Assembly (NCBI RefSeq): GCF_036321535.1
Contig: NC_087437.1
Location: 106,952,001-107,016,000, forward strand
Source of the DNA: Camelus dromedarius
Taxonomy: Eukaryota
Length of the DNA: 64,000 nt
Direction: 5' to 3'
Part shown: positions 24,166-37,110 of the stretch, in pieces
Layout of the letters: each line of letters begins with the position of its first letter
How positions within the stretch are numbered: position 1 is the stretch's first letter
Program-made: the position numbers and the translations under genes
The notes under the pieces: generated by a model
Database searches by the model: none
What the model saw: only the letters and a program-made list of their open reading frames with translations
Told to the model about the DNA's origin: nothing

Positions 24166-26352
24166 TTTTTTCTTTTTTTTTTTTAACATTTTTTATTGAT
24201 TTATAATCATTTTACAATGTGTCAAATTCCAGTGTTCAGCACAATTTTTCAGTCATTCATGGACATATACACACTCATTGTCACATTTTTTTCTCTGTGA
24301 GTTATCATAACATTTTGTGTATATTTCCCTGTGCTATACAGTGTAATCTTGTTTATCTATTCTACAATTTTGAAATCCCAGGCTATCCCTTCCCACCCTC
24401 CACCCCCCGGTAACCACAAGTCTGTATTCTCTGTCTGTGAGTCTATTTCTGTCCTGTATTTACGCTTTGTTTTTGTTTGTTTGTTTTTGTTTTTGTTTTT
24501 TAGATTCCACATATGAGCGATCTCATATGGTATTTTTCTTTCTCTTTCTGGCTTACTTCACTTAGAATGACATTCTCCAGGAGCATCCATGTTGCTGCAA
24601 ATGGCATTATGTTGTCGGTTTTTATGGCTGAGTAGTATTCCATTGTATAAATATACCACCTCTTCTTTATCCAGTCATCTGTTGATGGACATTTAGGCTG
24701 TTTCCATGTTTTGGCTATTGTAAATAGTGCTGCTATGAACATTGGGGTGCAGGTGTCATCCTGAAGTAGATTTCCTTCTGGATACAAGCCCAGGAGTGGG
24801 ATTCCTGGGTCATATGGTAAGTCTATTCCTAGTCTTTTGAGGAATCTCCACACTGTTTTCCATAGTGGCTGCACCAAACTGCATTCCCACCAGCAGTGTA
24901 GGAGGGTTCCCCTTTCTCCACAGCCTCTCCAGCATTTGTCATTTGTGGATTTTTGAATGACGGCCATTCTGACTGGTGTGAGGTGATACCTCATTGTAGT
25001 TTTGATTTGCATTTCTCTGATAATTAGTGATATTGAGCATTTTTTCATGTGCTTTTTGATCATTTGTATGTCTTCCTTGGAGAATTGCTTGTTTAGGTCT
25101 TCTGCCCATTTTTGGATTGGGTTGTTTATTTTTTTCTTATTGAGTCGTATGAGCTGCTTATATATTCTGGAGATCAAGCCTTTGTCGGTTTCACTTGCAA
25201 AAATTTTCTCCCATTCCATAGGTTTTCTTCTTGTTTTACTTCTGGTTTCCTTTGCTGTGCAGAAGCTTGTAAGTTTCATTAGGTCCCATTTGTTTATTCT
25301 TGCTTTTATTTCTTCTAGGAGATAATTTTTGAAATGTATGTCAGATAATGTTTTGCCTATGTTTTCCTCTAGGAGGTTTATTGTATCTTGTCTTATGTTT
25401 AAGTCTTTAATCCATTTTGAGTTGATTTTTGTATATGGTGTAAGAGAGTGTTCTAGCTTCATTGTTTTACATGCTGCTGTCCAGTTTTCCCAACACCATT
25501 TGCTGAAGAGACTGTCTTTATTCCATTGTATATTCTTGCCTCCTTTGTCGAAGATGAGTTGACCAAAAGTTTCTGGGTTCATTTCTGGGCTCTCTATTCT
25601 GTTCCATTGGTCTATATGTCTGTTTTGGTACCAATACCATGCTGTCTTGATGACTGTAGCTCTATAGTATTGTCTGAAGTCTGGGAGAGTTATTCCTCCA
25701 GCCTCTTTCCTTCTCTTCAGTAATGCTTTGGCAATTCTAGGTCTTTGATGGTTCCATATGAATTTTATTATGATTTGTTCTAGTTCTGTGAAATATGTCC
25801 TGGGTAATTGGATAGGGATTGCATTAAATCTGTAGATTGCCTTGGGCAGTGTGACCATTTTAACAATATTGATTCTTCCAATCCAAGAGCATGGAATATC
25901 TTTCCATTTTTTTAAATCTTCTTTAAATTCCTTGGTCAATGGTTTATAGTTTTCTGTGTATAATTCTTTCACCTCCTTGGTTAGATTTATTCCCAGATAT
26001 TTTATTTCTTTGGGTGCTATTTTAAAGGGGATTGTTTCCTTACTTTCTTCTTCTGTTGATTTATCGTTAGTGTAAAGAAATGCAACTGATTTTTGAAGTT
26101 AATTTTGTAACCTGCTACTTTGCTGAATTCTTCAATCAGCTCTAGTAGCTTTTGTGTGGACCTTTTAGGGTTTTCTATATATAGTAACATGTCATCAGCA
26201 TATAATGACACTTTTACCCCTTCTTTTCCAATTTGATCCCTTTTATTTCTTTCTCTTGCCTGACTGCTGTGGCTAGGACTTCCAGGACTGTGTTGAATAG
26301 GAGTGGTGATAGTGGGCATCCTTGTCTTGTCCCAGATTTTAGTGGGAAGCTT
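24166..26352 (-). mobile_element. Young 5'-truncated LINE-1 (~2.2 kb) with poly(A) and exact 13-bp TSD
   Basis: Poly(T) at 24163-24184; TSD ttcctcaggattt at 24153-24165 and 26353-26365; continuous ORF2 similarity from the RT core to the 3'UTR. Confidence 0.97.
24500..26352 (-). pseudogene. L1 ORF2p remnant: partial RT (YADD motif), 490-codon open C-terminal part with cysteine-rich domain
   Basis: ORF 24500-25972 has [27 protein letters not shown] and [21 protein letters not shown] 26017-26457 has [15 protein letters not shown] in a shifted frame (frameshifts near 26095 and 26235); the endonuclease and RT N-terminus are missing. Confidence 0.95.
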
Positions 26353-26419
26353 TTCCTCAGGATTTATAAGAGGACTTCTTGTTTTTCTCTTTGTAGGTAC
26401 TGTGTCCATTTTTCTTTTC

Positions 26420-26519
26420 TTCTCTTTTTCCTCCTGCACATATGCCGATATTCTCAAAATCTACCATCCTGACTCTCCCAAGGCTCCGAAAACTTAACAC
26501 ATCATCTCCTCTGCCCAAA

Positions 26520-26558
<39 letters not shown>

Positions 26559-27317
26559 CTGTCATCTGCTCTTCAGATCTGTGCTTAGTAATCTTCAGCC
26601 ACCCAGACACCCAAGCATGAATTCTTACAGTCATTTTAGCCTTTTTCTTCTTCCTTAAACCACTCATCCAAGTCTTCCCAATTCAACTTCCTAAAGATTC
26701 CTAGAATCTTGCCCTGACACACCATCTCTGAGACTCTCATTACCTCTTTTACCTGAACTTTTATGATAACTCCTTAATTGATCTCCCATTTTCCAAGCTT
26801 GACCTTTTTGAAATCCATCCACCAACCAGAAAAGGCTATCCCAAATAAACCAGACCTTTAAAAAAATTGTCTAAGGATGCTGGCTTTCTGCCCCTCTCAT
26901 ATAAAGTCACTGTGACCTGGCCCTGCCCACCTCATGAGTTTCATTTCCATGGTCTGTGCCTGGGATTTCACTCTTTGCCCTTGTTACCTAACTAAAGAGT
27001 TTATATTTCTCAAACATATATGTTTAGCTCTCTGCCTGGAACATCTTCTTCAGTTTAAAAAAATCTAGCTTGTTCTTGTTTATCCTTTGACACTCAGCTA
27101 AGGTTTTCCTTTCTTCCTGAAACCTTCATTTGATCACTCTGGTGGATTAAGTTTCCTTACTGTTGGAAATTCCTGTAACTTATTTATTATAGTACAGTTA
27201 TGTTAACTTTCATCATTCCTACTAAGACATTGAATTTCTTGGGGGCTCAAACTCTTTCTTATTCACTGATCACAGTGTCTAATACATTGTAGAAGTTAGT
27301 AAATGTTTTTAAATGGA
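26420..27317 (+). mobile_element. L2 LINE 3' region, highly diverged
   Basis: Pyrimidine-rich L2-like body ('ctctgcctggaacatcttc', 'tatcctttgacactcagct') ending 'cacagtgtctaatacattgtagaagttagtaaatgttttt'. Confidence 0.6.
26524..26560. repeat. (CT)n/(CTAT)n microsatellite
   Basis: Directly visible. Confidence 0.95.
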
Positions 27318-28609
27318 GCTAAGTGTAAAGAAGGAAAAGTGGTTAATATTTATCACTGCATGTTAGTGATTTGTACCACTTCTAACAAAAAGGCTACCAT
27401 GTGGGGGACATGGCACACTGTTTGCCACCCTACTGGATGCTGTAGAAAAAAAGATGAAACTTTCCTTCCCACCGCAAACCTGGGAGAGGTAATTATCTTT
27501 GCTTCTATTTTAGAGCAAAGGAGGGGAAAAGTATGGTACCATACAGCTAATAAGGGGCAACTCTGAAATTTATACAGAACTAAATTCTTGAAATACGACC
27601 CCAAATGGGGTCAGAGGATCTTGTGCGCAAGTTTTTCAAACTAAGGTAGGCGCACAGCTTTCAGGAGTTGTGTGTGTGTGCTTTGTGGTAATCGTGGTGG
27701 TTCCCTCTTTATTTCTGTACCTAACAAAGTTTGAAAATTAAAATGCATCTCCCCTCGTCCAGAGGTGAGCTTTCTGAAGCATTGCTATAATGCGTAGAAA
27801 AGTGGTCAACGGGGACCATGCAAAACACCAAGCTAAATTAGCATGTGCTTCTGTGGTCATTTAAATCATTTCTACATGACTGATTATTCTCCCATGGAAG
27901 TTTGCTGTTATGACCTTGGATTAATGACCTTTTATGCTTGTTAAAGCGCCAAGCTAAAAGTATCTCTGGCAGTTTTAGAACCTGGAAACCTCCAGAAAGA
28001 AGACACTGTGTCAATTGTCCTGCTCTTTCCATCTTAAGTAATTATTTTAACTTGTCATTGTTTCTCAATAAGATAATAATAGAAAAGACTAGTCATTACT
28101 TTATATGCTTTAAAAAAGTGTATTTTCATTTTGAAAATGAAAATAATCGTAGTCTTGTTTACTGGAAATAACAGACTTTTTCCACAGTGCATTTTCTTAT
28201 CAATTTTGTATTTATATTCCATGCAGTTGTGCTACTGCACATAAAATTATGCAGAAATCATTACAGAAGCAAACAGAATGCTAATGACAAGGAAGTAATT
28301 CAGTTCATCTCCTGTTAAAATTTTATCAGTAAGCATTCAACTGAATACCAAATTTTTTGGCAATACTCTATATTTGGGGACTTTGATTTTAAGACTTCAA
28401 AATAAAACAGAAAAGTAAAATGAATGCACATGAAAATTTCCTTCCTGCCTTCAGTCTTAGAGGTAAATCGCCAGGACAAATAAATTTAGTTGGTAGCAGC
28501 CTATGTGGTCATGCCGCTCGAACATGGTAAGGTGAAATCAGAAAGCTTTATCTCACAAAGTACGCACCTTGAAATAATGACTATTAACTTTAAGAGGGTG
28601 TTTTGACAA

Positions 28610-30190
28610 TTATCTGTCTTGACAGGTATAGTTCCGTTTCATGTGTTTTTAGCTGCTGTTTTACATCACTTTAGTGTGTGAACATATCCCAACTTCCTGT
28701 TTTTTATTTACCTGCTGGTGAAATAGTTCAGTTTTTGTTTTTGTTTGCCTGCTAGAAACAGAGATGCAATGAACACTCTCATAATCTTAATGCATCACTG
28801 TCACAGTTACCCTAAGTCATGTGCCTTGAAGCAGAATTGTTAGACCACAGGGCGGGGTATACGCACTTATAATATTATAACATATTGCTGAAATGCTTTC
28901 CAAGTTGCCTGAGGCTATTTTTCCCTCCCATCAACAATGAACGAGGATTCCAGTTGCTCCACAGTCTTGCCCAACTGGACAAGATATGAGAACAAGTAAA
29001 ATAGACACACACATAAACACATATAAAAATAAACCTATACATTAAAATAAATTAATTTAGACAAACTTTTGAAAATAAGTTTAAAACTCATATGAAACTT
29101 ATGCTTTTTCAGAAAAATGCAAATTAATCAATATTGAGACCAGAAGGGAGAAAAAATAACTCGAAGAAATAAACAAAAATGAGATACTTGTCAAAGAGCT
29201 AATATACACAGTGAGAAAATAGCAAGACCAGGACAATTCTTTCTTAACATTAAAGGAATGATTCTTTTAATCTATTTAAACTATTCCAGAGCCTACAGAA
29301 AGAAGGAAAGCTATCTGGTTCCTTCACGTAATCAGCATATCCTTCATTTCTTCTTTTCCTGGAATCTGCATTTTTAGCCATCCTATCTGCACACTATTTC
29401 AGAACCACTTCCATAAACTAAAGAGTAATGAATTCAATGATGTAAAATCACTTTAATGGCAATAACAGGAAAAAAAGTCATTTGAGTGTAAATGTACTCA
29501 CAAAACATGGAAATTATTTGTATCTGACATGATAGAAAAATTGTGAAATTGATTAACTCACAAGAAACTCATAGAAATCAATATGAAAAAGGCCAACAAC
29601 TTCATAAGTTCTGGCAGAGTATTAAAAAGAAGTTCAAAAAAGAGACATATAATGATCTATTGACGTTAGCAAAAATGTCCAAACTCGTGATTTTTAAAAT
29701 GGAAACTTAAAGAGGACATACCAGTTCTCACCCATTAGAGAGATTAACACAGTTTATATTACCCACTGTTGTCACGGTGAGAGGTGGGAAGTGGGCATAA
29801 ATTGTTGCAGATTATTTAAAGAACAATTGGGTAAAAATAGCACCCAAAATAAATATGAGCATGGCACTTAACTAGATTAATTCACTTTGAGAAAACTCTA
29901 CAGATACTTTAACACAGGTGCATGTAAGATATAGATACAAAGATATTCAATCAAGTATTGTATTAAAATGCTAAAAATGGAAGTAGTCCAAATTCCACTC
30001 ATAAGAACCAATGAACTAAATCATGGTATAGCCTATTAACAGAATAAAAACAATTGTGAAAAGAGTAAGATAAATTATGAATGATGGGCAAATATTCATG
30101 TCAAAAAAGATACATGGGAAACAGGCAAGTTCCCAAACATAAATCTACTTTCATATTTTAATCCCTATACGATATGCAGGTGTATTTTGT
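28610..30190. mobile_element. Old L1M fragments (minus ~28610-28980, plus ~28980-30190)
   Basis: Degenerate L1 motifs: 'gattccagttgctccacagtcttgccc', 'aaactattccagagcctacagaaagaagga', 'ataccagttctcacccattag', 'actaaatcatggtata'. Confidence 0.55.
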
Positions 30191-30537
30191 TTATGAAAAT
30201 ATGGATGAATACACACTGAAATGGTAACAGCAGTTACTACTTAGAAATGGGGTGAAGGGACATGGAAAGCCAATCACTTTGTCATGGTTTTCATACAGCT
30301 CTACAGTTTTTTTAGTGGCAAGTTTTTTAATTACTTGCGTTTCTCCAGAATAGATTACTTTTCTAATTAGAAGTTTTAGAGTGTTGGATATGTGGAGGAC
30401 TAAGGCAAAGCAAAGGTGGTTGGGTAAATCTGGGCCAGTTGTGTGTCTGTTTTTGAAGACTAGATGGAGTTTCCTGGGCAAAAAGGAACTTCTGAAGGTT
30501 TCTACCAGGCAGGTGTCCTCAGGTTGTCAGGCAGGTG

Positions 30538-31893
30538 TGCTCTAGAGTAAATACTGGAGTCTCTCCAAAATTCATTTGTTGAAACCTAACCCCAAATAGG
30601 ATGGTATATTGGAGGTAGCAGCTTTGGGAGGTGATTAGGTTATGAGCAAAGAGCACTCAGAATGGAGTTAGTGCCCTTGTAAGTGGGATCTCACGTAAGA
30701 CACATATCCCCTCAACATACATGTCTCCTAAACAAGTAGGTGCCAATAGTGTCAGGTGTTCAGTGCAATATTAAAAGTATATAGGATGTAAAGCTAGTTC
30801 AGATGTTCCAGAAGACCCCTAGGCAGTCTTGGTGTTGGGCTTGAGAGTCTTTGGGGATCAGCATTGATAATTATTTCTTCTTTCTGAAAATTGGAGCTAC
30901 TGCTCCTAAAGCATGGATAACAATGCTCTAAAACTCCATGCCAAGTTAAAAATGTATATTTGTTTTCTCAGTGAAAGGAACTAAAAGACGTTGTGTTCTA
31001 ACCCTTGTACACTGTTGGTAGGAGTATAAATTGGTGAGCCACTATAGAAAACAGTATGGAGAACATTTAAGAAACCAAAAAGTGAACTATCATATAATCC
31101 AGCAATTCTACTCCTGGGTATATATGCAGAAAATATGACAACAGTAATTGGAAAAGATACATACACCCCAGTGTTCATAGCAGCACTATGTACAATAGCC
31201 AAGACATGGAAGCAACTCCAGTGCCCATCAACAGATGATTGGATTAAGAAGATGTGAGATATGTGGATGGACCTGGAAAATATGATACTTAGTGAAGTAA
31301 GTCAGACAGAGAAAGACAAATATTGTATGATATCACTTACATGTGGAATCTAAAAAATAATACAAATGAATGTATATATGAAACAGAAACAGACTCACAA
31401 ACAGAAGACAAACTTGTAGTTACCAAAAGGGAGAGGGAAGTGGGGAGGGACAAATTAGGAGTATGGGATTAACAGATACAAACAACTATATATAAAATAG
31501 ATGAGCAACATGGATTTACTATATAGCACAGGGAATTGTACCCATTATCTTATAATAACCTATAGAGAAATATAACCTGAAAAATACTGAATCACCAGGC
31601 TGTACACCTGAAACTAACACAATATTGTAAGTCAATTATACTTCAAGAAAAAAGTTTGTGTTCTGCCATTAAAAAAGAGAGAGATCCCAAAGATTCCTCA
31701 CCTTTTCACTATGTGAGATTCAGCAAAAAGATGGCCAGCTGTGAACCAAGAAGTGGGCCCTCACCAGACAGTGAATCTGCTGGGGCCCTGATCTGACTTG
31801 CCAGCCTCCAGAATTGTGAGACATAAATTTCTATTGTCCCTAGGCCACCCACTCTATGTTATTTTGTTATCTCAGCCCAAATGGACTGATACA
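30538..31893 (+). mobile_element. MLT1A-like solo LTR split in two (30538-30693 and ~31677-31893) by nested insertions
   Basis: The 5' half 'ccaaaattcatttgttgaaacctaacccc...gctttgggaggtgattagg...gtgcccttgtaag' and the 3' half 'gtgggccctcaccagac...ccagcctccagaattgtgagacataaattt...actgataca' are collinear. Confidence 0.85.
31000..31655 (+). mobile_element. 5'-truncated LINE-1 3' end with TSD
   Basis: 'aacccttgtacactgttggtagg...cccagtgttcatagcagcactatgtacaatagccaagacatggaagc...cttcaagaaaaaa'; TSD core ttgtgttct (30991-30999 / 31656-31664). Confidence 0.92.
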
Positions 31894-33059
31894 GTGTTTA
31901 ACAAGATTAGTCCTGCAACCCTAGCACATTAGAGCTGTGGAGACCAGCTAGCTAGGAAGTTTTAAAAAGAATCCAGGGGAGATGAAAAGTGTACCTGAAC
32001 TAGGTGACAACTTCGGGAATGGAAAGAAGGGTGTGAATGCTGGAAGGTGTCAGAAGTATGATTATAGGAAGTAACAACTGATTGAACGTTGTGGGGACAG
32101 AGAAGGTACATCAGTGGAGCCAGTACTTAGACCATATGGATACTTTAGAAAGGGACTTAACAAGGCTGAATGAAGGTTGGAATAACTTTCACAGGATTGT
32201 TTAGTCTTGTGATGTTAGATCTTTTAGGTAATTTTCATTGACATATTTTCCTTTCAACATGAAACTTCAATAAGGATGACTCGTATTTCTTCTTTTCATA
32301 AAAGTTTTTCTTTTGATATCTACTTTCAGAAGATATTATCTTACAGGACTTGTTACTGGAGTAATATCAGGGCAGGTAAAACTTTTAATATCACAAAGGG
32401 AGAACAAGGAATAAGGAATTTTTTTTTCAATTATCTTGAGGTTGATAGGGTTGAAATTATTACCTTACTGTTTATTTTTATATGAAGTCACCCTATAAAT
32501 GGGTCTCTTAGAATAACGAGAATAAGATAATAAGATAAAATAGAAGCTCTTTTTCTTTCTACGTTTATTAAGGATTCTGTTCATGAAAAGTCACTGAAGC
32601 AGTTAAATTAACAATTCTTATCTTGTGATCTTAGTTTAGCCCAAAGGAAGCAGCTTTATTTTGGATAGGCACAGTCAACAGAAAAGCCAGTTTTGTTCAT
32701 CTTTGGCCATTTCCCTGTAGTGTTTTGACTGAGATTAAAGGATAAAAGAGTTGATTTTAGAAAAACAAAAGGGAAAAGAAAATGTCTCATCATACAATGG
32801 ATCCAGAATCATCCCTTTGGCTCTGCCCTCACATCCACATCCACACTCACACCCATGCACACATACACACACCCCCCAGAATTAAATAAAGGAGAAGTTT
32901 GTCCAGTAAAAAAGAAGGATATGGAAATAAGCCAAGTTTAAAATGAACCCACAGGAAAATGCATACTCTTATCACTTTACAATATTAGAGGGGTGCCATG
33001 CACAGATTTGTTAAACACTGAAGAACATGAAATTGAATAACAGAATTCAGAGAGTTTCT

Positions 33060-33535
33060 ATTTTTTAAATTGAGGTAAAATTTACACGTTGTGAAATGCA
33101 CACATATTAGGGATTAAATTAAATGAGCTTTCACAAGTGGACATACCCATGTAAATAACATGACATAACACATTACCATCACCTCCCAAATTCTCTATAC
33201 CCCCAATCAGGCAATTCCACTTAGACAATCATTATTCTGATTTCTATCTCTCTTGGTTATTTCTTCCTGCTCTTGAACCTCATAAAAATAGATGTCCTCA
33301 CAAAATGCATGATCTGGTGTGTACATCTTTATAAGATAGTTTTTATGTTTATTTATGTCATAGCATGTGTCAGTATTCTTGCTTTTTATATCAATGAACA
33401 TCATTTTATTGGATGACTCTAACACCATTTGTTTATCCATTCCCTTTTGATGGGCATTTTACGTTGTTTCCTGCTGGAAAAACTGTGAATAACACTGCTA
33501 TATTCTGGTGTGAGTCTTTTTGTGGACATACATTA
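33060..33535 (-). mobile_element. Old L1M (L1MC/ME-like) 3' end
   Basis: 'ttttttaaattgaggtaaaatttacac...acatacccatgtaa...catttgtttatccattccc...gatgggcattt'. Confidence 0.75.
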
Positions 33536-35829
33536 ATATCAGTTTATATGACCAATCCTGTGAGTCTATAACTTGAAGGAAGTAGAGAAAAAGATGGAAG
33601 TGCGGGCAGTTTGGGCATCTGGCACTACACCCGTGGGCATTTTTACTTTCCACTCAAGCTCTGTCTTTTCCCCTCCTGGGGCAATCAAAGGTGACTCTTG
33701 CTGTCAGATGAGGTTCTGCTGCATCAGGAAACAGCCCTGCTGCCACTGACTTTGACTGTCATTGGCCACACTTGACCTCCCGTGGCATCCCTTTCCCATT
33801 GTTTTGACCCACAATGTGCAAGAGATCCAGCAGGCACTTTCCTCCACTGAAGGGCCAGTCATCCTCTTGTCCAGCCCTTTCTCCTCCATGTTTTAGGAAG
33901 ATGCTGCAGTTCTGCCCAGATAATCTCTAGGCATTTTCTCACTCCCTTCCTTCCTTGGGAGATCAAAAGTTGGGGATTAGACAAATCTTTTATTCTGGTC
34001 CCAATTGGAAGATTTCTATTAGAAATTCCACTAATTTCACAGCGTGTCATCGGTACACTTCTGCCATGTCTGATGCTGATGTAGATTTTCCATTGTTTTT
34101 ACTTTTTGTTAAGCCCTTTCATTTAGGTTCTGGGAGGGAAGAGTTGGATGCCAATATTCTAGCCACGGTCTTATCCAGATGCACTCTTCCCTCAGAATTT
34201 TACTTTCTTCAATATTTCTTTGGAAGTTTAGAAGTTAGGCATTGGTATTTCCAGGTTAACAAACAATGAAGGCAAAAGAGCCAAGACTTTAATTAGATTT
34301 TGTGTCTTTTCAGATTCTGGAGCCTTGCTGCAAAGTGCCACGATGTTTCAGATTTCTGACTCGGGTTGAATCTGAGCAGTATAATTGAGAAAGGACTATA
34401 CGGTCCCTTCCTTGGCTATGTCATGCTGTGCATGTAGCATTTGATATTATTTTGTGCTGTATTGTGTTTAAAAAGTTGAATTTCAATGAGATCTAAAGAT
34501 CTAAAAAGCTTCAGCTTAAGAATTCTAGTAGGTGTAATATGTAAGAGAATGATGAGCTCTAACTTTTATTTATATAATCAGGAAGCAGGCAAAGTTTAGA
34601 TAATGGAGGAAAAATCTATAAAATCAAGTTGCTCATTTTCATTAGTGATATGATCTGTTTTCTAATATTGGCTTTAGGATTGAATAAGATTAAGTTAATG
34701 TTAATAATCTTAACTTCCTTCCAACTCTCCACAATTAAGGAATCTCCAAAATCCTCTTTGTCCCTCCAGCCTCCCCCACCAATTTCTGAAAGACTCTAGG
34801 ATTATCTTCATAAAATAAATTATTTCAATTTTTTTTCTTTTTCAAATTGACCTTTCATATATGGGCTTCATATACTCAAGTTCTCTCAGCCTCTAGGAAA
34901 GTGGTATGTGTATCCTATAGTTTGTCAAAATGCACGGGGAGATTCACCGTTGAGTCGTTGAGTCAGCTCCTGTGACTGCTGCTGTCTCTGATGGAGGCTG
35001 AAGCTGTGACCACCTTCCCAATTCAGCAGAGATGACCAGTGGTAGCATTGTCCGACATTGGCTGGTGCATTATCTTTAGCTGCTAGTGCTCATAATAGGC
35101 CATCAGCAATGCTTGTCATGTTTCCTTCTGTTTTCATCCAGTAATATTGCAGTCTGCCAGCATCTCTGTTCCAAAGCAGGAGAAATTTCTTCCCACCAAC
35201 ATCATTCCAGAAAGGGTGCAACTTTGAATCACTGTTATTGTGTGTTTGCGGATAGGTGTCTACTCAATTTTTGCTCTTAGGGCTCAACTAGTGATTTGAA
35301 GGATGGAGGACACTGGACCAGAAGACACCGAATCTAAATTCCTGCGATATTTGTGCTAATGGTCTTTTTAGGTAGATTCTTATTTCCTGGGAGACTCTTC
35401 TGATGGTCTCACTCATCAGTATTCCAGGCAGATTAAGAAAGATTTAAATTCTGATTGTAACCACAATTTAGACTTAGCTATTAATTACCTTCATCCAGCT
35501 CTATATGTATTGTTTTAAAAATTAAGATACTGTTCCTTCTTTCAGAGTCACAGACTACAAAACTTATTTTCAAGCCATTGAAATGTAAATAGTTCAATTT
35601 CTTGGGCTCAAATTTCGTCTCTGATTTCAGATGCCAGAGATTACCAGATCATATTTCACCTGCAATATTATTTGCATAAAGGAACAAATATTTTCTGATA
35701 GAAAATCTCATCCTATTGCTATACATATACAGATTTAGAGCTAGCCTAGCAGAAACAGTATTTAATATTGATTGTGCAGTTGACACGTTATTGCCCATCA
35801 GTATGAAAAAATTGGACTAAGGTGATATT

Positions 35830-37110
35830 ATTGTGTGTAAGCACTTTTAAAATGTGAAATATAACACACATACCAACAAAATTCCACAAATTCATGTGTA
35901 TCTTAAGCAATTATTAATATACATATTTTAATTGAAATCAGTATAAAATTTCACAAATCACAGTGAAAACACTAAAGTAAACATGATTCAGGTCCTGAAA
36001 CAGAGCATCATGAACATTCTAGATACCCACTTTAGACTGCTCCCAAGCACTGCCCAGATCCCTCCCCAAAGATAATTACTATTCAAATTTTTAATACCAT
36101 GGATTAATTTCTACACATTTAAAAAATGTTCTAAATAAACTTTTACTGCCTGAGACATCAATTCAATGAAATGCACAAATTAAAAACTTTCATAAAGTGA
36201 TCAAATCTATGGAAAAAAATCGCAGATGCCTCCTTCCAGAAATCTTCCTCCAACCAGAGAGTACCTACTATTACTTTTCACACCATAATTGAACGTTGCT
36301 TATTTTTGAATTCTATACAAATGGAATTATATGCTATGTCTATTTCACATTTGGCTTCTTTTATTCAACATTATGTTTAATGTTGATGATTTAACATTGT
36401 GATTCACATTCATCACCAACATCAATAACAACATGATTAACATACAATCAAATAACAACAAACATATACATAAAAAGAAATAAAATCTATAATAATATGA
36501 TTAACATTCATCAATAAGGAAGATTTTTGTTGTTGTGAGAATCATTCTTTTTGATGAATGCTGCAGTAATTCATTAATTTTTCATCACTGAATGGTATTC
36601 CATTCTATGAATATAGCAAAATTCATACACATTTGGATTGATAAATATTTGCATTGTTTCAAGTTTGGGCTGTTGTAAATAATGCTGCAGTGCATGTTTA
36701 GAAATGGGAATAGGAGGTACCATAGTGCTTTGATGAACATTCACGTGCTGGTCTTCTGATGTGCATACGTACAGAATTCTGCCAATTATATACTGAGTTG
36801 GATAATTTCTGTGTCAGAAGGCATACATTTGTTGAACTTTAGTAGCTACTGTCAGTTTTCCAATGTAGTTACGTAAGTTTTCCTTTCCATCTGCAGAATA
36901 TGATGATTGCTGCTACTTCACATCCTAGCCAACACTTGGTATTGCTCATCGTTTTAGTTTTGGTGAGGATAACATGTGCTTAATATTCATTTCCTTGTAT
37001 TTGAAAGGCTAGGATGCTTTTAATATGCTTATTGGTAAGTCTCTGTTCAAATCTTTTGCTCATTTTTTTTTATTGTATTGTCAATCTTGTTCTTAATGAA
37101 CATGTCAGTA
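35830..37110 (-). mobile_element. Old L1M (L1ME-like) 3' fragments
   Basis: 'ctatacaaatggaattatatgctatg', 'ctgaatggtattccattctatg', 'ccaacacttggtattg', 'tctctgttcaaatcttttgctcatttt'. Confidence 0.7.

Noticed and set aside
24500..25972. 490-aa ORF as a host gene or active retrotransposon
   Set aside because: It is the C-terminal part of L1 ORF2p in a 5'-truncated copy with no promoter, ORF1 or endonuclease, and with upstream frameshifts.
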